Shown: positions 41,207 through 55,621 of the stretch, piece by piece
Layout of the letters: each line of letters begins with the position of its first letter
How positions within the stretch are numbered: position 1 is the first letter of the stretch
Origin: the human T2T-CHM13v2.0 reference genome, Homo sapiens
Assembly (NCBI RefSeq): GCF_009914755.1
Contig: NC_060928.1
Direction: 5' to 3' (one strand)
Length of the DNA stretch: 64,000 nt
Program-made: the position numbers and the translations under genes
The notes under the pieces: generated by a model
The model's database searches: none
Told to the model about the DNA's origin: nothing
What the model saw: the letters and a program-made list of their open reading frames with translations, nothing else

Positions 41207-42814
41207 AAAGTGGCTCCTTATAGTGACATTTTTTCCACAAGGCATTGAAGAAGGCATTTAATTTCATCACTTACCAACAACTTTTATTTCGTAAAAGGTT
41301 AAAAAAAAACATGTTTGACAGAAAAATATTTTTTCATTACATTATTATAATAGTTATATGTTCATCTACCACCAAGTCACTAACTGAGAAGCCAAAATTT
41401 TATTCCAGAAACATCATTTTGGGTTACTGAGTAAATAATAGAAAATTTTGACAATTTCTCTACATTCTTTCTAGTAAGCACCATAAAATTAGATGGTTTT
41501 AATAAGGCACTCATCTGAAAGGAGACGAGCAGCATCAATCAGAGAAAAATTAGTAACTGGATATATTACACATTTGACAACTGTCTTCCACAAATTAAAC
41601 AGGCTTTGATTTGTTATGTGAAAACAAATACACAATAGAAAATAGAATAAACAATAAAAACAATCAACAATAGAAAATAGTAGCTGATAGTGGTAAAATG
41701 AGAATATAAACAAAGGCCAAAAGAGGATAAGAAAGAGATACACTATAAAAACACAAAAACACACAATCATGCTTCAGAAATAAGAGTTCCTTTAAATGAC
41801 ATCAGGGGATTATCTTAAAACATTATCCCAGTGAAGAACACCTGCACAGAAAAGCCATGGTTCTTAAAAGGAAAAACTAAAATGCCATGTGAATAATTCA
41901 AAATGTTACAATTTCACACATTTAATTAACCTCATAATACTTAAATGAAAGAACATTCTTAAGCAGGCCTTTGTTTCTGCAAATCTATACTGATTTAAGT
42001 ACCATTTTAAGAATTATTGTGTCCACTTTAGAAGTGGGTGAATAGAGAATAGGTGAGGTTTTCAGCTAAAAAGATCTGGATTTTGCCATTCCATTTCTTG
42101 TCCAAACAAGAAAACTTGATCCAAGACATGAAATATATAATAATTGACAACAGATATATTAAGGATATGAGGAGCTGTATTTGGAATACTTTTTAAAGTA
42201 TTTACCCATGTGGAATCTACAATGAACTTCTTCTCTTCTTTCTTATCATAAAATATGTATTAAATTGGCAATACCATAAAACATTTCAATGGTATTTATT
42301 TCCATAGTATATTCCATTTTACCACCTAATGTTAAAGATATACAGGTTCCAACCAGTTGTGTCCCTTCCTTTTGCTTCTACAAATACATGTATCCAGAAC
42401 ATTCACCTTGAGTCTTACATTGTATCTTTTTTGGTCAGGGGATTTATTATACAAAGAAATGTAAAATACTCATAAACATGTATATGTACACACGTGACCA
42501 ATTAAAAGCAGTTAATTTGAAGTTTAATTACCTTGTTTGGTTTGGTTTCTCTCACATAACTTCAAACACTGGTTTAAAACTTACCTCTTTGACATAACTG
42601 ATAGTGATCAATCTCCACTCATCTCTCTCCATTTGGTATCAATAGAACAAACTCATTAATTTATTGATTCACATCCCTCACAGGATTTGAGGTGGGTTTT
42701 GATAATATGCTATACCTCTCCATCTACATCATAGACAATGCATGGACACTAATACAAGGACATGCTCATTTGGAGTGATGGATAACTATGCTGACTTGAT
42801 TAAAATGTAGCTTA

Positions 42815-43098
42815 GGCCAGGTGTGTTGGCTCATGCCTGTAATCTCAGTAGTTTTGGGAGGCAGAGGCAAGAGGATCACTGGAGCTCAGGAATTTGAGAT
42901 CAGCCTGGCAACATAACGAGACCCCATCTCTACAAAAAAATTAGAAATCAGCCAGGCATGGTGGAATGCGCCTGTAGTCCCAGCTACTCAGGGGGCTGTG
43001 GCAGGAGGTCAAGTCTGCAACGAGCTATGATCATGCCACTGCACTCCAGCCTAGGTGACAGAGCGAGGCTTTGTCTCAAAAAAAAAAAAAAAAAAAAA
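42815..43098 (+). mobile_element. Alu (AluJ-like, internal deletion in the right arm)
   Basis: Alu consensus with an A tail of about 21. Confidence 0.92.
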
Positions 43099-43450
43099 GC
43101 TAATATATGAGACATATCTTTTATCAAGGCTTTTGGAGGATAGGGTGTAGAAATTAAAGAAGACAGAACAGATGAACAGATGATAAACAACTAATTCAGA
43201 CCTAAGCTAAATATTTGAAACTGTGTTAGAAATTTCCATATATTTAAGAAAAAGTACATGGAAAAAAATTATGCCTGTATAACAAAACATATCTAAGACT
43301 TTAAACAATATTTGAAACAATGTATTTTTATTTTGTTTTAAAGAATCTTTAATAAGAACCAGAGACAATTTAAAACGTCTCAATTTAAATTATCTATATA
43401 CTCAGCAGATGTTACTTCGTGTTATCTTATTAAAAAGTATACCACTGATA

Positions 43451-43807
<357 letters not shown>

Positions 43808-43884
43808 CTACACATATTCAACTGTCCTATCGTTTAAAATCACATCTCTTTGGTGATTCTAAACAAAGATCTGGACCATAAAAA

Positions 43885-44745
43885 CAGCTTTCCTCTCTCC
43901 AGCCTGGAGTCCTTCCTGAACTCCAGACCTGTATTATGTTGTTGCTTTTTCAACATCTATTTTTGGATATGTAATTGAAACTTAACATGTCTATGATCTT
44001 TCTCTCCAAATCTGTATTTCCACAGTCTTCCTCATTTCAGTAAAATAAACTCTATTTTACTAGTTACTCAGGCCAAGAAGTCTTTGGTCATTCCTGACCC
44101 CTCCCTCTCTTTCACCATCAGATGCTTTTGATCCAAATGAACTCACAGCCTTAAACTTTAAAATATATCCACAATCTGACTATTACTACACTGGATTGAG
44201 CTACCAGTATGCGTCACCTAGATTATTCCTGTAACTCCCTAAGTGGTCTTCCAGCTTTCTACCTTCGGCTCTTCGTTCTATTCTCCACACTGTACTCAGT
44301 GCTACTGTCAGAAAGTCTTAAACCTTCTTAAAACCTTCTAATGGCTTTCCATTTCACCCAAAGTAGAAATCAGTCCTTAGGTTGGCCTACAACACACTAC
44401 TTTCCCATTACTTTCCCTTTTATTTACTCTGCTCTGCCATACACACTCTTTCTGTGCTGTAAACACTCCAGGCACACTCAGCTTCACAGCATCTTTCCTT
44501 GCTGTTCCTTGGAATATTGTTTCCCTAGATACCCACATGCCTTGCTTCCTTACTTCCTTCCCTGAGCAACCTCTCTAAAATTGCAACCAGTTCCAAACTC
44601 ATCCACCTCATCCCCTTCTGACTAGAATGTAGGTTTCAGGAAAAAGTGTTTTTTGTCTGTTTTATTCACTATTGCATACCACACCCAAGTAGGGCCTAGC
44701 ACAGAAAAGGTGCTTAATAAATGTTTACTGAATAAATAAATGAAT
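43885..44745 (+). mobile_element. L2 3' end
   Basis: tcctgaactccagacc...gactagaatgtag...gcctagcacag...aataaatgtttactgaataaataaatgaat. Confidence 0.75.
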
Positions 44746-45530
44746 CCCAAAAGAATCAGGAAATACTCTCTCTAGATTAATGCTATCATCTCAACTCTAT
44801 CTCTAGAGAGTGTTTCTATTCTTTATATTTGATGGTATCACTAGGACTTGCTTGCTTATTCTGGCTCCAAGAGTGGTTTCAAATTTTGTATATATACAAT
44901 TTAGCAGCAAGGGACATATACATTAACATGAAAACCTTGCAGCTAATGACTATCTACGTGTGTATGTGTGTGTGTGCGCGCGCATGCATGTGTACATGAA
45001 ATAACAACCTACAACAACAATTAACGAAGAATAGTTGAGAGATAACTGAATTGGGGATCAGGAAATAATTTTAGGAGATACTGTCGTTGTAATTAGGTTA
45101 CAATTTAACCTCTTCAGGCCTTAGTTTATCTGCAAAAGCAGAGTGTTGGATAATTCTTTTAATTATTATTTTACTGCTACTTGAAAAGTGGTTGTCTCAG
45201 AAAAGAGAAAAAAAAAAAGTACTTCCTTTGGCCTTTCATGGTAGCCATGTTGGAACACATTGAAAGGGAGAGGAAAAACATTCCAGGTTCAGAAGCAAAT
45301 TTTAATTTAAGGACAAAATTGCAAATGCAAATTTGAAAATTCCCCATGGAAGTGGTGTTTTATTTCAGGTAAATTAGGGCACAGAGGTAGTAGAGAAGAG
45401 TAGAAGGAGCACTAAACTGCAATCAAGAGCCTGGGCTTCACCAGGAAACTCACTGTAGAACAACATGGAAGTCTCTTAATGAGTCTGAGTCTCAGAGAAC
45501 CCACCTACACAGTGAGAGGCTTGGTCCAGG

Positions 45531-45694
45531 CCAGTGGTTCCCAAATGCCGATCAAGGACAGCAAGAATTACTGAGTTCTAAAACCCGCCAGCAGATAGTC
45601 TGATTCAGTGGCTGAAGACATTTTATTTTTTAAACAAGCAACTCATCCAGTGTTGATGTAGATGACTCACAAAGCAGCATTTGGGAACCACTGG
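45531..45694. mobile_element. MER5-type hAT-Charlie element with both TIRs
   Basis: ccagtggttcccaaatgc (45531) and gcatttgggaaccactgg (to 45694) are exact reverse complements. Confidence 0.75.
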
Positions 45695-48594
45695 TCTGGA
45701 TGATCTTTAGTGTCTCAATTAGATAGACTGTTTTATGACCTTGGGTAGTACTGCACCTGAATTTCATGTGGTAAAGAACTCACTTCTCTAGCACCTCTAG
45801 CACATGGTTATCCAGTCTGTTTGAACAGTTCCAGGATTCGAGTAACTTATTATCTCCCATTCTACTGTGGACCAGTTCTAATTGCTAAGTTTAACTTAAT
45901 GCCAAAATCTGACTCAAAGAACATAATTCAGGTTTTACTTTCTGAAGAAACCAAGAATGAATCTTTTCCTACTTTTATACAAAAGTCGTTAAAATGTTAA
46001 AAACAGACATCACATTTTCTCCTGGTCTTCTCTAGCTAAATACATGACTTTCTTCAAGTCTTTCACACAAAACAAGGTTTTTAAATCACTGTGTCCCAAA
46101 TACAATTTCAAAGTAATAATAAATTCAATTTTGGCACTATCCTGTAGGTTTTAATCTTTTGTTGATTAGCAAATAAGATGTAAATAAAGTAGATTTGAGA
46201 ACATGTACAATTTCTAAGTGTTCCCATGAAACCTAATTAAATCTTCCAATGGAGAAGTTTTTTCTCCATTTTTAATATCAAAACACATGTATTTTATACT
46301 TATCATTTAAAAATATTTTTAGTATAACATCTTTTCAAAGTACATAAATAGCTTAATTCCAATATGCTTTAATTAAAATAATGTAAAGCTAATGGCATCT
46401 GTGTAAGGTTAAAGTTCTTCCATATCACTTTATCTTTGATCCTCATAGCAATACTGTGAAGCTAGTGTTAACGGTCCCTTTTTAGATCTGAGAAAATTTC
46501 TGAGGTCCACTAAGATTATTTCTTGACCAAGGGAAGAAACTAACATTTATTGAGTCTCCAATATATTTCCAAGTATAACTTTAAGCAGATGTACATGTTT
46601 TTTCCCCTTTGACAACTTTTTAATGTTATGTGTTTTATAGAGCGTGAAAATAAAGGCAAGAATGGTTATATATTAATGAAATTATTGTTTTTAAGAGACA
46701 ATGTCAAAATTTGAACTAAGAACTTGTCCTTCTATGTCATTTGTGCTATTCTCAAGATGCTTCTGAATACAAATTTCAATATAAGATAATGTTCATGTAA
46801 TTAATGTCTTTACCCAGTCTGAAAAGTTTAAGTGAAAAACCATTTATTAGCACCTGAATGATATAAACAAGCCAAAAAAATGACCAACTCGCTTCCCTAA
46901 ATTAACTGAAGCATCAATCTGACTGCCATACAAAGTGGATCAATGGCTACTGAAAATTCAAATGGTATAAACTTTCTATTTTTTTTTTTGGTTTTTGTCT
47001 TTAATTTGCACTTCTATTTTCTAGTGGCATTCTGTTTCAGTCCTCTTTTATGCAAAATGGAATATCATTTGTTCATACTCAATTTATAAACAGAATACAG
47101 AGTACTTTGTCAGAATAGATGGAACTGGACCAAAGCAATGCTGTATCACTGCCTTAGGAGCAATAGCAGAACAGTAAGGGGACAAGCTCTCCCATACTGC
47201 TTATTATGCAACAGAAAAGTCATCATGAAATGCCCCCACAGTATATTTGTAGAAAACATGCCAGTTTAATTATCCCTCAACTCTCTCACATAGGTCAACT
47301 CATGACTCCCCACTTTATTATGAAATTATATCTCTACAAGTTAGACATTAAAGCACAGTAAGCCTTTAGGCAAGTGAATCATTTCTAGTTACTCTGGGAC
47401 CAGCCCTGAAAATAAAGGGCAGTGTACAACAATGAGGCCTTGGGTGTGTCAGAGACAGACATGGTACTCAAAAGATGAAGGTCCTGATCTACCTGTCCAG
47501 TTGACCTTTCGTTGCTACAGATTTCTTTGCTACAGAATATTTATCTGAAAAAAATGTATATAATACTATACCTGCAGGGGTAATTCCACATGCTATTCCT
47601 GTTAACTAAGAACATGTTTTCTTCACTGCACCTACTCCTTTTACAGGACCAAAAGCTATTCTAACATTCTTTAGCTTATTGAATACAGTTTTTTTTTTTT
47701 TCACATTAACATTTCCGAAATTGGAATGCATCTAAAAAAACTATGGTGTCTCAGATTTGATGAAATACAGCATGCGGTAACATTTGGACATTTTATTTAA
47801 AAAGCATAAGCTAGCTAAACAAGCAAACGGTGTACAATGAACTCTCTAAAATATCCTGACTAAAATAAAGCTGAAATGCCTCTTCCTATAGATCAATACT
47901 ACAGAGTCCCTTTAAAATTGAGAAATATCCTAGATAGCAAGCAAAGAATATTCAGGTATTCCAAAACGTTGGAAAAAATGAGCCCTACCACAGAAAAAGT
48001 AAATCTTACTCTGAACTACCTTCTGAAAAGAAATAAGCCTTTTCATATAAAATAAGCATTTTGGAGGTTATCTACAATGATGATAAAACTATTGCTAATA
48101 GTGTAATTTTCAATCATGTTGGTATTTTCTTATAAAAATGATATGAAATCAGTGAAATCATGTGATATGAAATCAGAATGATATATGCTGTTCACACTAC
48201 ATGCATGTGTTAGCATGGCAACATACAACCATATTCCTACCTCTTTGGCTTAATCAGAGATGATAAAAATCTTTAAATTATTTTTTTAAGGCTATACAAG
48301 TGTCCGAGTTTTATTTTCGCCTCTTATTGACGGATAAATTTCCTTTTAAAAGGATGGGACAAAATTAAAAATTTAGAATTCTGAGGGTGTGCATAGGAAA
48401 AAATAAAAATTAATTAACATTTTACAAACCATCATGAACCAGAGGCAAAATAACTCAGGAGGAAGGGTAGGAATAATCCCTGGGGAAAAGGTAAGTTTAA
48501 TCAACAAATGACTATGAAAATGAAAACTTAAAAAAAATTCTTTGTAATTACAGTGGCTTATAACATTTTAATAACAATAAAATCTAACTTTCAT

Positions 48595-48790
48595 TCCTCT
48601 AACCCAGATTCTTTAGTACCATTGACATTTTGGGCTGGATAATTCTTTGGCATGGAGATCGTCCTTTGTATTGCCTCTACTTACTAGATGCCAGCAGTGT
48701 CCTGCGCCCCATCCCCTCAGTTATAAAAATGAAAAATGTCTTGAGACACTTTTGTCTCAACGCGGGGAAAAACTAATCCCTGTTGAGAGC
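48595..48790. mobile_element. MER20-like DNA transposon
   Basis: attgacattttgggctggataattctttg...cctctacttactagatgccagcag...aaaaatgtct...gttgaga. Confidence 0.75.
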
Positions 48791-49664
48791 AAGGCTTAAA
48801 TCTTTCAGTTACCAACCAAAAAAAGGTTATCCTAGTTTTGCAGAAATCACCTGAAGGGTAGAAAACAATTTTAAAAAACCATTTAAAAGCAATACTGCTC
48901 CAAGTTAGTTTTCTACCTACAGAAGAAAAAAATAGACACATTTATCTCATATTCATCTAGGTATTTAAAATATTAGGGTTTACAAAGTGAACACCTTAAA
49001 AATCTGAAACACTAAAAGTCAAGTAAAGTATCATCTTTACCAACGATTATTGCCTTATGCATTGATTAAATACCTAACCATTCAAGCAGCCAGAGGTAGG
49101 GTAGTATATTCTTTTTACATTACTATGGAGGCTAATATCAGATATTTTTTACTTTACATAATTTATATTATTTATTATTTGCAACAAATAATTGAGTAAG
49201 TACTTAATCCTTGCCATGTATTTTGCTAAACACTTGATGTATATGCATTATCTTACTGGAAGAAGAGATAAATCAATGTAATATCACTATCTTAGGTTAT
49301 AAAGTTCATAATATTCAGGGTTTGGTTGTAACCAATCTTCCCTGTACACATCCAAAGAATATAAATACTATTAAAATATAGTAATCAGGATTCAAGCATG
49401 GTAAGCCATATACAAGCATGGCACTGAAGAAAAGAAGCTGTATTAACTCTAGCTAGAATGGTTCTTAAATTACTCTTAAATGCCTAACTTACAAGCAATG
49501 CAGTTTAGAAAACTAGACAACCCAGAAATTCAAACAAAGGAGAAGATGAAGGAAGGTCTTATTATTTAAAAAGCAATAAAAAAAATGTCAGTGCACAGTT
49601 ACACAAATAAGTATTGGACTTTCTCAATTATGACATTCAAAAATTGAGTTCCCTTGTTTTTAAT

Positions 49665-50030
49665 AGCATTTTTAAATTGAAATAAACAGCACATAACATT
49701 CACCATTTTCAAGTATATACTTCAGTGCTTCCCAGTATATTCACCTTGCTGTGCAACCATCGCTACTATCCAATTCCAGAACACTTCCATCACCCCAAAA
49801 GGACAATCTGTACCTACTGGCAGTTAGTCCTTCTCCTCCCCTCATTGTCAGGCAACCATTAATCTACTTTCTGTCTCTATGGATTTGCCTATTCTGGACA
49901 TTTCATATAAAGAGAATCAACATGTGGCCTTTTGTGTCTGGCTTCTTTCACTTGGCAGAATGATTTCAAAGTTCATCCACAGTATACTATGTAACAGTGT
50001 TTCCTTCTTTTTTTACGGATGAATAATCCC
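49665..50030 (-). mobile_element. L1MB-type 3' end close to an exon donor
   Basis: gtgcaaccatc...ttccagaacacttccatcacccc...tctgtctctatggatttgcctattctggacatttcatata. Confidence 0.85.
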
Positions 50031-50084
50031 TTATTTTGCAGCAATTAAGTGAGGCATTTCAAGTACTATGTTTAGATATGTCAC

Positions 50085-50226
50085 CTGAAACATTTTTAGC
50101 CATTCCTGGAGGCCTGTAGGTGGCTGGACAGATGTAATTCGGCGTCGTTGTTGCCCTTGGCCATTGGCTGCTCTGAGGTCCCCAAAAGTTGTTGGTGTTG
50201 CTGAACATGGTACAAGCCCAGTGGTA
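50085..50226 (-). CDS. FBXW7: FBXW7 shared exon 2 (TTGLVPCSATPTTFGDLRAANGQGQQRRRITSVQPPTGLQEWLKMFQ)
   Basis: 142 bp within ORF 50031..50348; poly-T gtag acceptor and CAG|gtgaca donor; phase fits both neighbours. Confidence 0.97.
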
Positions 50227-53193
50227 CTACAAAAAAAAAAAAAAGAGAGAGAGAAAGGATAAAAGGAAAAAAACAAAAGTGAAAGCAAAGATAGATACTT
50301 ATTAATAATAGATTCTAGTACAAAGAATGATGATCTGGCATATTTCAAACATCAATTAATTACCTTTCTTCCCAGAGATCACAGGTACACAAAACCTATT
50401 TGCTATTCTTACAGTAAGTTTCCTCCCTCCTATATAACGCCTGTTATTATCCCAGAAATGCTAATTGCAACCAAATAACAGAATCTCCATGACAAAACTG
50501 CAAGTTGTTAATATATACAAATAAAGTTAAAATATTTCCTTAGAACATACAAGTCCCACTTCTCCTATGACTGGTCTTTGGTGACATAAGTAAAGTTTAA
50601 ATTTTCTTTATAAAAAGGGTTGTGATACTTTATTAAAGCTTTAAAAAACTCAGACATAGAAATACTATGTTCAAATGTTTTGAATTTCAAGAATCACATT
50701 ATTCCTTAAGTTTGCCTCAGATGCCTTCAAAATTGTCTATAATATTTCTAATTTTTTACTGCTATTTATAAAGTTTGGTCTGAATAGTTGACAGGACTCA
50801 GTCTTGATTAGAAATACATTTATTCAAAACAGGTAAGTATTAAGAACTTATATGCAAAACTAAATAAGATCATCTAAACATTTTTATACAATAATTTAAA
50901 TTTTGAGATTTAACTGTCTCAAACAAACTTGAAATTCAATTCTGCCACTAGTAAAATGAGGACGACTAGATGATCTCTCTAAAACTAACTACCCTAAAAA
51001 TGACCAATTAATAGCAGAAAGAATATATAACTATATTACTAACGTATTAAACTTTCCTTTCTAATTTCTGCATGTAATTAAACTAAACTCAAGGTAAATA
51101 TTGGGTATCCATTTTAAAGACCTTGGAAAAAAAGCAGCAGGAAGGTCTGGTTTAACAAAATTATATTTGAAAAGAAATTCTCACTCAATTCATTGAGCTA
51201 TGTTGATTAATTATTTTAAATTCAAAGAACACTTACAAATTGCATCGTAATAGTTAACAATCAAACTCTGATAAATTACTAATGAAACAACTCCTCCAGC
51301 TGTTTTTTTCTATCCAGCATTATTTTGTTAAAAAATGTATCTCAGTCACCAGATTTTACAGAAAAGTCTTATCTACTCCCTTTAAATCCTCTAATAGTAT
51401 AAATCGAAGACAATCTTTAACATTCAGCAATTAAATCTATCTTTTCTTCTTTCAAATTCAAAGGTAAGTTCTATTTTCTTTTCCTCCAAAATAAAATAGG
51501 ATATGTTTATAACAAATTTTTGATGGAAAAATCATAGTTTTATCTTATTAGCAAATCTGTCAAAAATATCACAAAATACCAAATATATACCTTCCTAACC
51601 GAGAGTCTCCAGAAAAACATGGAAATAAATATGCTGTTTGGTCTAATTTTGCTTTAATAAAATTATATATTAACAGGCTAAAAATAAAACTTCTGCCTTT
51701 TCAGTTGCTTTGTCAATATAAAAAGTGAGCAACTAAAGACAAATTTTACTAAAATGTGTTCTGTAATAAAAATTCAGCACTCATTTATTCTAAGCTGCCT
51801 TAAAAACAAGTGAACAATGTAATACCTTTGTCCTGGTATCAGCCATATTAATAGAAGACTGATACATTTAAAAAATAGCATTAACAGTTAGTTTAACATT
51901 AAATGCAAATTTCTCATCCAAGAAATACTTTATCATGACTAGAAGGGAAAAGCAAAATGAAGTGAATAGTTTCACTTGTCTCTCTATCCCTCCACACCCT
52001 CTGGTGGAAGTGCCAAAACACAGTAAAACTGTCAAAAGGCAAAGAGTAACAGGAAGGGGGACAGTTAACATAAGAAAAATCACACCGAAAAGCAGCTCCT
52101 GAATAAGAGATAGCTTTATTTTTCTTTTCTGTGTTATCTCTTCACTTTTTGAATGTAAGACTATTCCAATTATGATGATTTTCAAATTTCATAAAGCAGC
52201 ATTTGAAAGAAATATTTTTTACAACTGAAATAAAAACAAGCTATTTCTCTGTAAGAGGCACAATCTGCAACAATGTTCAATAAAAAAATTATATCTGAGC
52301 AATGTTAATTTTAGTGCATCTTATAGAATAAAAATAACTAAATTGAAATATTTTGAGAGAAAGGAAGAAATGTCATAACCATGAAGTTCTTATGGTTTCT
52401 ACTGTTAACTTTCAATCACTTATTTTAAAAACTGGCAATTATACAAAAAATTCTGTTTTAAAGACCAAAAAAAAAAGCTCTAAGATACTTCTGTCATTTA
52501 AATTTTAAAATACGACATTCCAAGTGACATTCAAAGCCACTTTTAATTGGCTGGGCAATAGACATTGTGCTTAAGTTAGCCTAATAACTGTGAGAGTGGG
52601 AAAAGTTTTATACTGATGTAAAATCCAAAAATAATGGGGACTGAAGTAGAAAAAGATTACAATTATGTTTCATTGTTATGGAAACTATTCTACTGGTATA
52701 GAAAAGAAATGTATGTGTTAAAAACTTAAGACCTACCAAGCCCATAAAAGAAAATTTCTAACACATTAATTTCATGAAATAAGATTGAGTTAGTAATTGT
52801 TTTACTTCACTGCTAATAAATGTATCTTCAAATTTCCATACATAAATGTCTACCCTAGAACAGCTGTTCCTATAGTAACAAGACACAGGGGCTCATATTC
52901 ATATTTTATGGTTTACTTTTTAGAATTCCTTAAAAATTGTAATTTTAAATTTTTGTTCACAAGATAATTTCTGCTTGTGTCCTACTTCAAAATGTATTAG
53001 TAACAAAACATAAACTAAGGTGGCATTCCTCTTATTTAAAATGATATAGTTCTCAATTTCCGGTAATCTCAAAATGTGTTAAACAGTCAACCGTACTAGT
53101 AACATTATTATTCTACAAGAATAAACTAAAACACTTTCAGAATCAACTCTAAAAAACTGAGAATCATGAGATAATCATTATATTTAATATTAC

Positions 53194-53276
53194 CTTGTAT
53201 ATTCTGAGACTTTGCATGGTTTCTTTCCCAAAGAAAAAGAGCGGACCTCAGAACCATGGTCCAACTTTCTTTTCAT
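53194..53276 (-). CDS. FBXW7: FBXW7 first shared coding exon (MKRKLDHGSEVRSFSLGKKPCKVSEYTS; basic KRK motif)
   Basis: 83 bp, ttatag|ATG acceptor and AG|gtaata donor; translated by hand (too short for the ORF track). Confidence 0.96.
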
Positions 53277-55621
53277 CTATAAGGTAAAACAAACAAGATA
53301 TGTTTTTTAAAAATCGTCTAACTATCAAATCTTGAGTCAGCATGGTTAATATTTTAAATTCTTAAATTTTCATATGCCTACAATGTTAATTAAATATATA
53401 AAATAAATGTTTCATAGTTTCTTCTATTTGTTCTACTTTGTTTTACTCTGAATGGAATGGAAAGGTGAATTTTCCCCCCTAATATTTTATCCAGAAGAAC
53501 AGTGTGTGATGATTTGAAAACTGATATTCATTATATATATATATTCCTTGAGATAATATATCTTTCATGTTTTCCAATTTAATAACCAACATAGGGAAAA
53601 ATCTCAAGTTAATCCACACAGAAAATAATCATATTTAACGTGCCTTCCTCGTGAATCATTTTTCTTTAAAAACATGTTTTTAATAAAGATAAAATTCAAA
53701 ATTGTAAAATCAGAAATAATTATGAAAGTAACAAACTCAATTTTAAACACTCATACCATTATAAGAGGGTAAAGAGCAGTATAAATAATCTTGAATAGTG
53801 ATAAGGCATAAAGCAATTAATATGGGCAATAAGGACAGTTTTAAAAAGTAAATCAATAATAAGAGAAATCTGGAGATAGTATAATAACGCTGAGGGGAAA
53901 GTTGTCAATTGATATATATACAGAATATAGCTCTATTGACAGATACTCAGGACAAAATATTCTAATTTGAAAAGCAACAACAGAAAGGTTTTAAAAGAAT
54001 CAGTTATGCCTCTTCTATAAGGTGTATCCAAAATCTACATTTTAAGGTGTTTCATTATGCCATGTTATACTATAAATATATTCAGAATTGTTTCTTGTCA
54101 ACATCAATATTGAAATATTCTCATTTGACTATATGTATATTTTAAAACTAGAAAATAAAATCTGGTAAGATTTGACTTTTTCCATTTCAACAACCCCTTT
54201 TTAAGATTTGTGTCCACTAATTAATCACTGTATTACTGCAAGTTATAGGAGGAAAAACACTCCAAAGTGATAGAGAGCTATCCTCATGTTTATAAGTAGG
54301 TAAAAATCCTTGCTTTGCAGCAGCCTTATTTTCCTACCTCTTGCCTTACATGGGAACATCATAACATAGCATGATACAATATAAATACTAAAGAGACTTA
54401 AAATGTTTTAGAGCCACACTGAATAATAAAGACCATGTTTTTGTCATCACGAAGAGTTTTCTAAAATACTAGGATGATCTTACGACATTAGGGGCTAGAG
54501 GTGAGGGTACAACAAGCTCACCTACAATTTATACCTTAGTTCATGCCATACCTACTGGAAAGAAATGGAATTGATCTGGCTGGTTTCTTCCCTTTAGAAG
54601 TTTATATACTCATTACATTGTTTTAAAGTGATTCCTCTCAGAAACCATTATTTTCTTTCTCCAAATAATTTTATTAAAAAGCAAATATAAATATAAAAGC
54701 TGAAGTATATAGGTAGCCACGTGTTTCCGTGTATATAATTTATAGATACACACATATATATATAAACATACATGCAAATGAATCCATCAGGAAGGTCAGT
54801 CAGTACAGACTATGTTAAAATCTAGTTTTTTGATAACTTCCACAAATTCTTATCTTCATAATTAGGAGAAACTTTGATATTTATTCTAATTAAGTTTGTA
54901 ATACTGGCTTTCAGAACTTCCCAGGATACCTTGTAAAAAACATTGGTGCAAATACCATTTGCCACTAAAAGCAAACTTTATTTCCATCTTAGAAATCCTT
55001 CAATGAATAAACATGCCCCAAAATGTGTATCAAGGAAACCACTGAGAAAGGATTTTATTTTAAAAATATTTTATAAAGGAAAGCACCTTCTGTATGACTA
55101 TAGAAGTCTTTTAAATACTGTACTGTTTACTGAAAATACTGACTTCAGAACCAAAAATTAATTCTGCAATTTTTGAGGGGTACAGAAAGTAAACATGATC
55201 TCTTTAAATATAAATCCCAAATAGTCTCATGATTCTATACTTTTAAAGAGTCAACTAATGAAAAAAGAAAAACTGTATACAAGGTATAGAAAAATTGAAG
55301 GCAAAAGGTTCACTAAAAGCCAACTAAGGATAGAGTATTTCCAGGTCAGCATTTAACAGAGCCACATTTCTAAAGTCTCAATGTATTTTTAGTGAAAAAT
55401 TCTCAGATTAAAATATACATTTTATCTTAAATTTAAAGCTTTTTCCAGCTCACAGTCTTTCCGTTATTTGCTTACATTCATGATATAAAACAGAATACCA
55501 GACATCCAGCCACCCACCAAAATTAGAGGATACTGCAGCCATCTCTGATGATACAGATTTTCCTTCTCAGGCAGGCATACACACACAATCACATAGCATA
55601 GGAAGAAAACAGCTTACTTAC

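Noticed and set aside
45531-45694. Long-range inverted repeat resembling a pre-miRNA or structured RNA
   Set aside because: Explained by the terminal inverted repeats of a MER5-type transposon.
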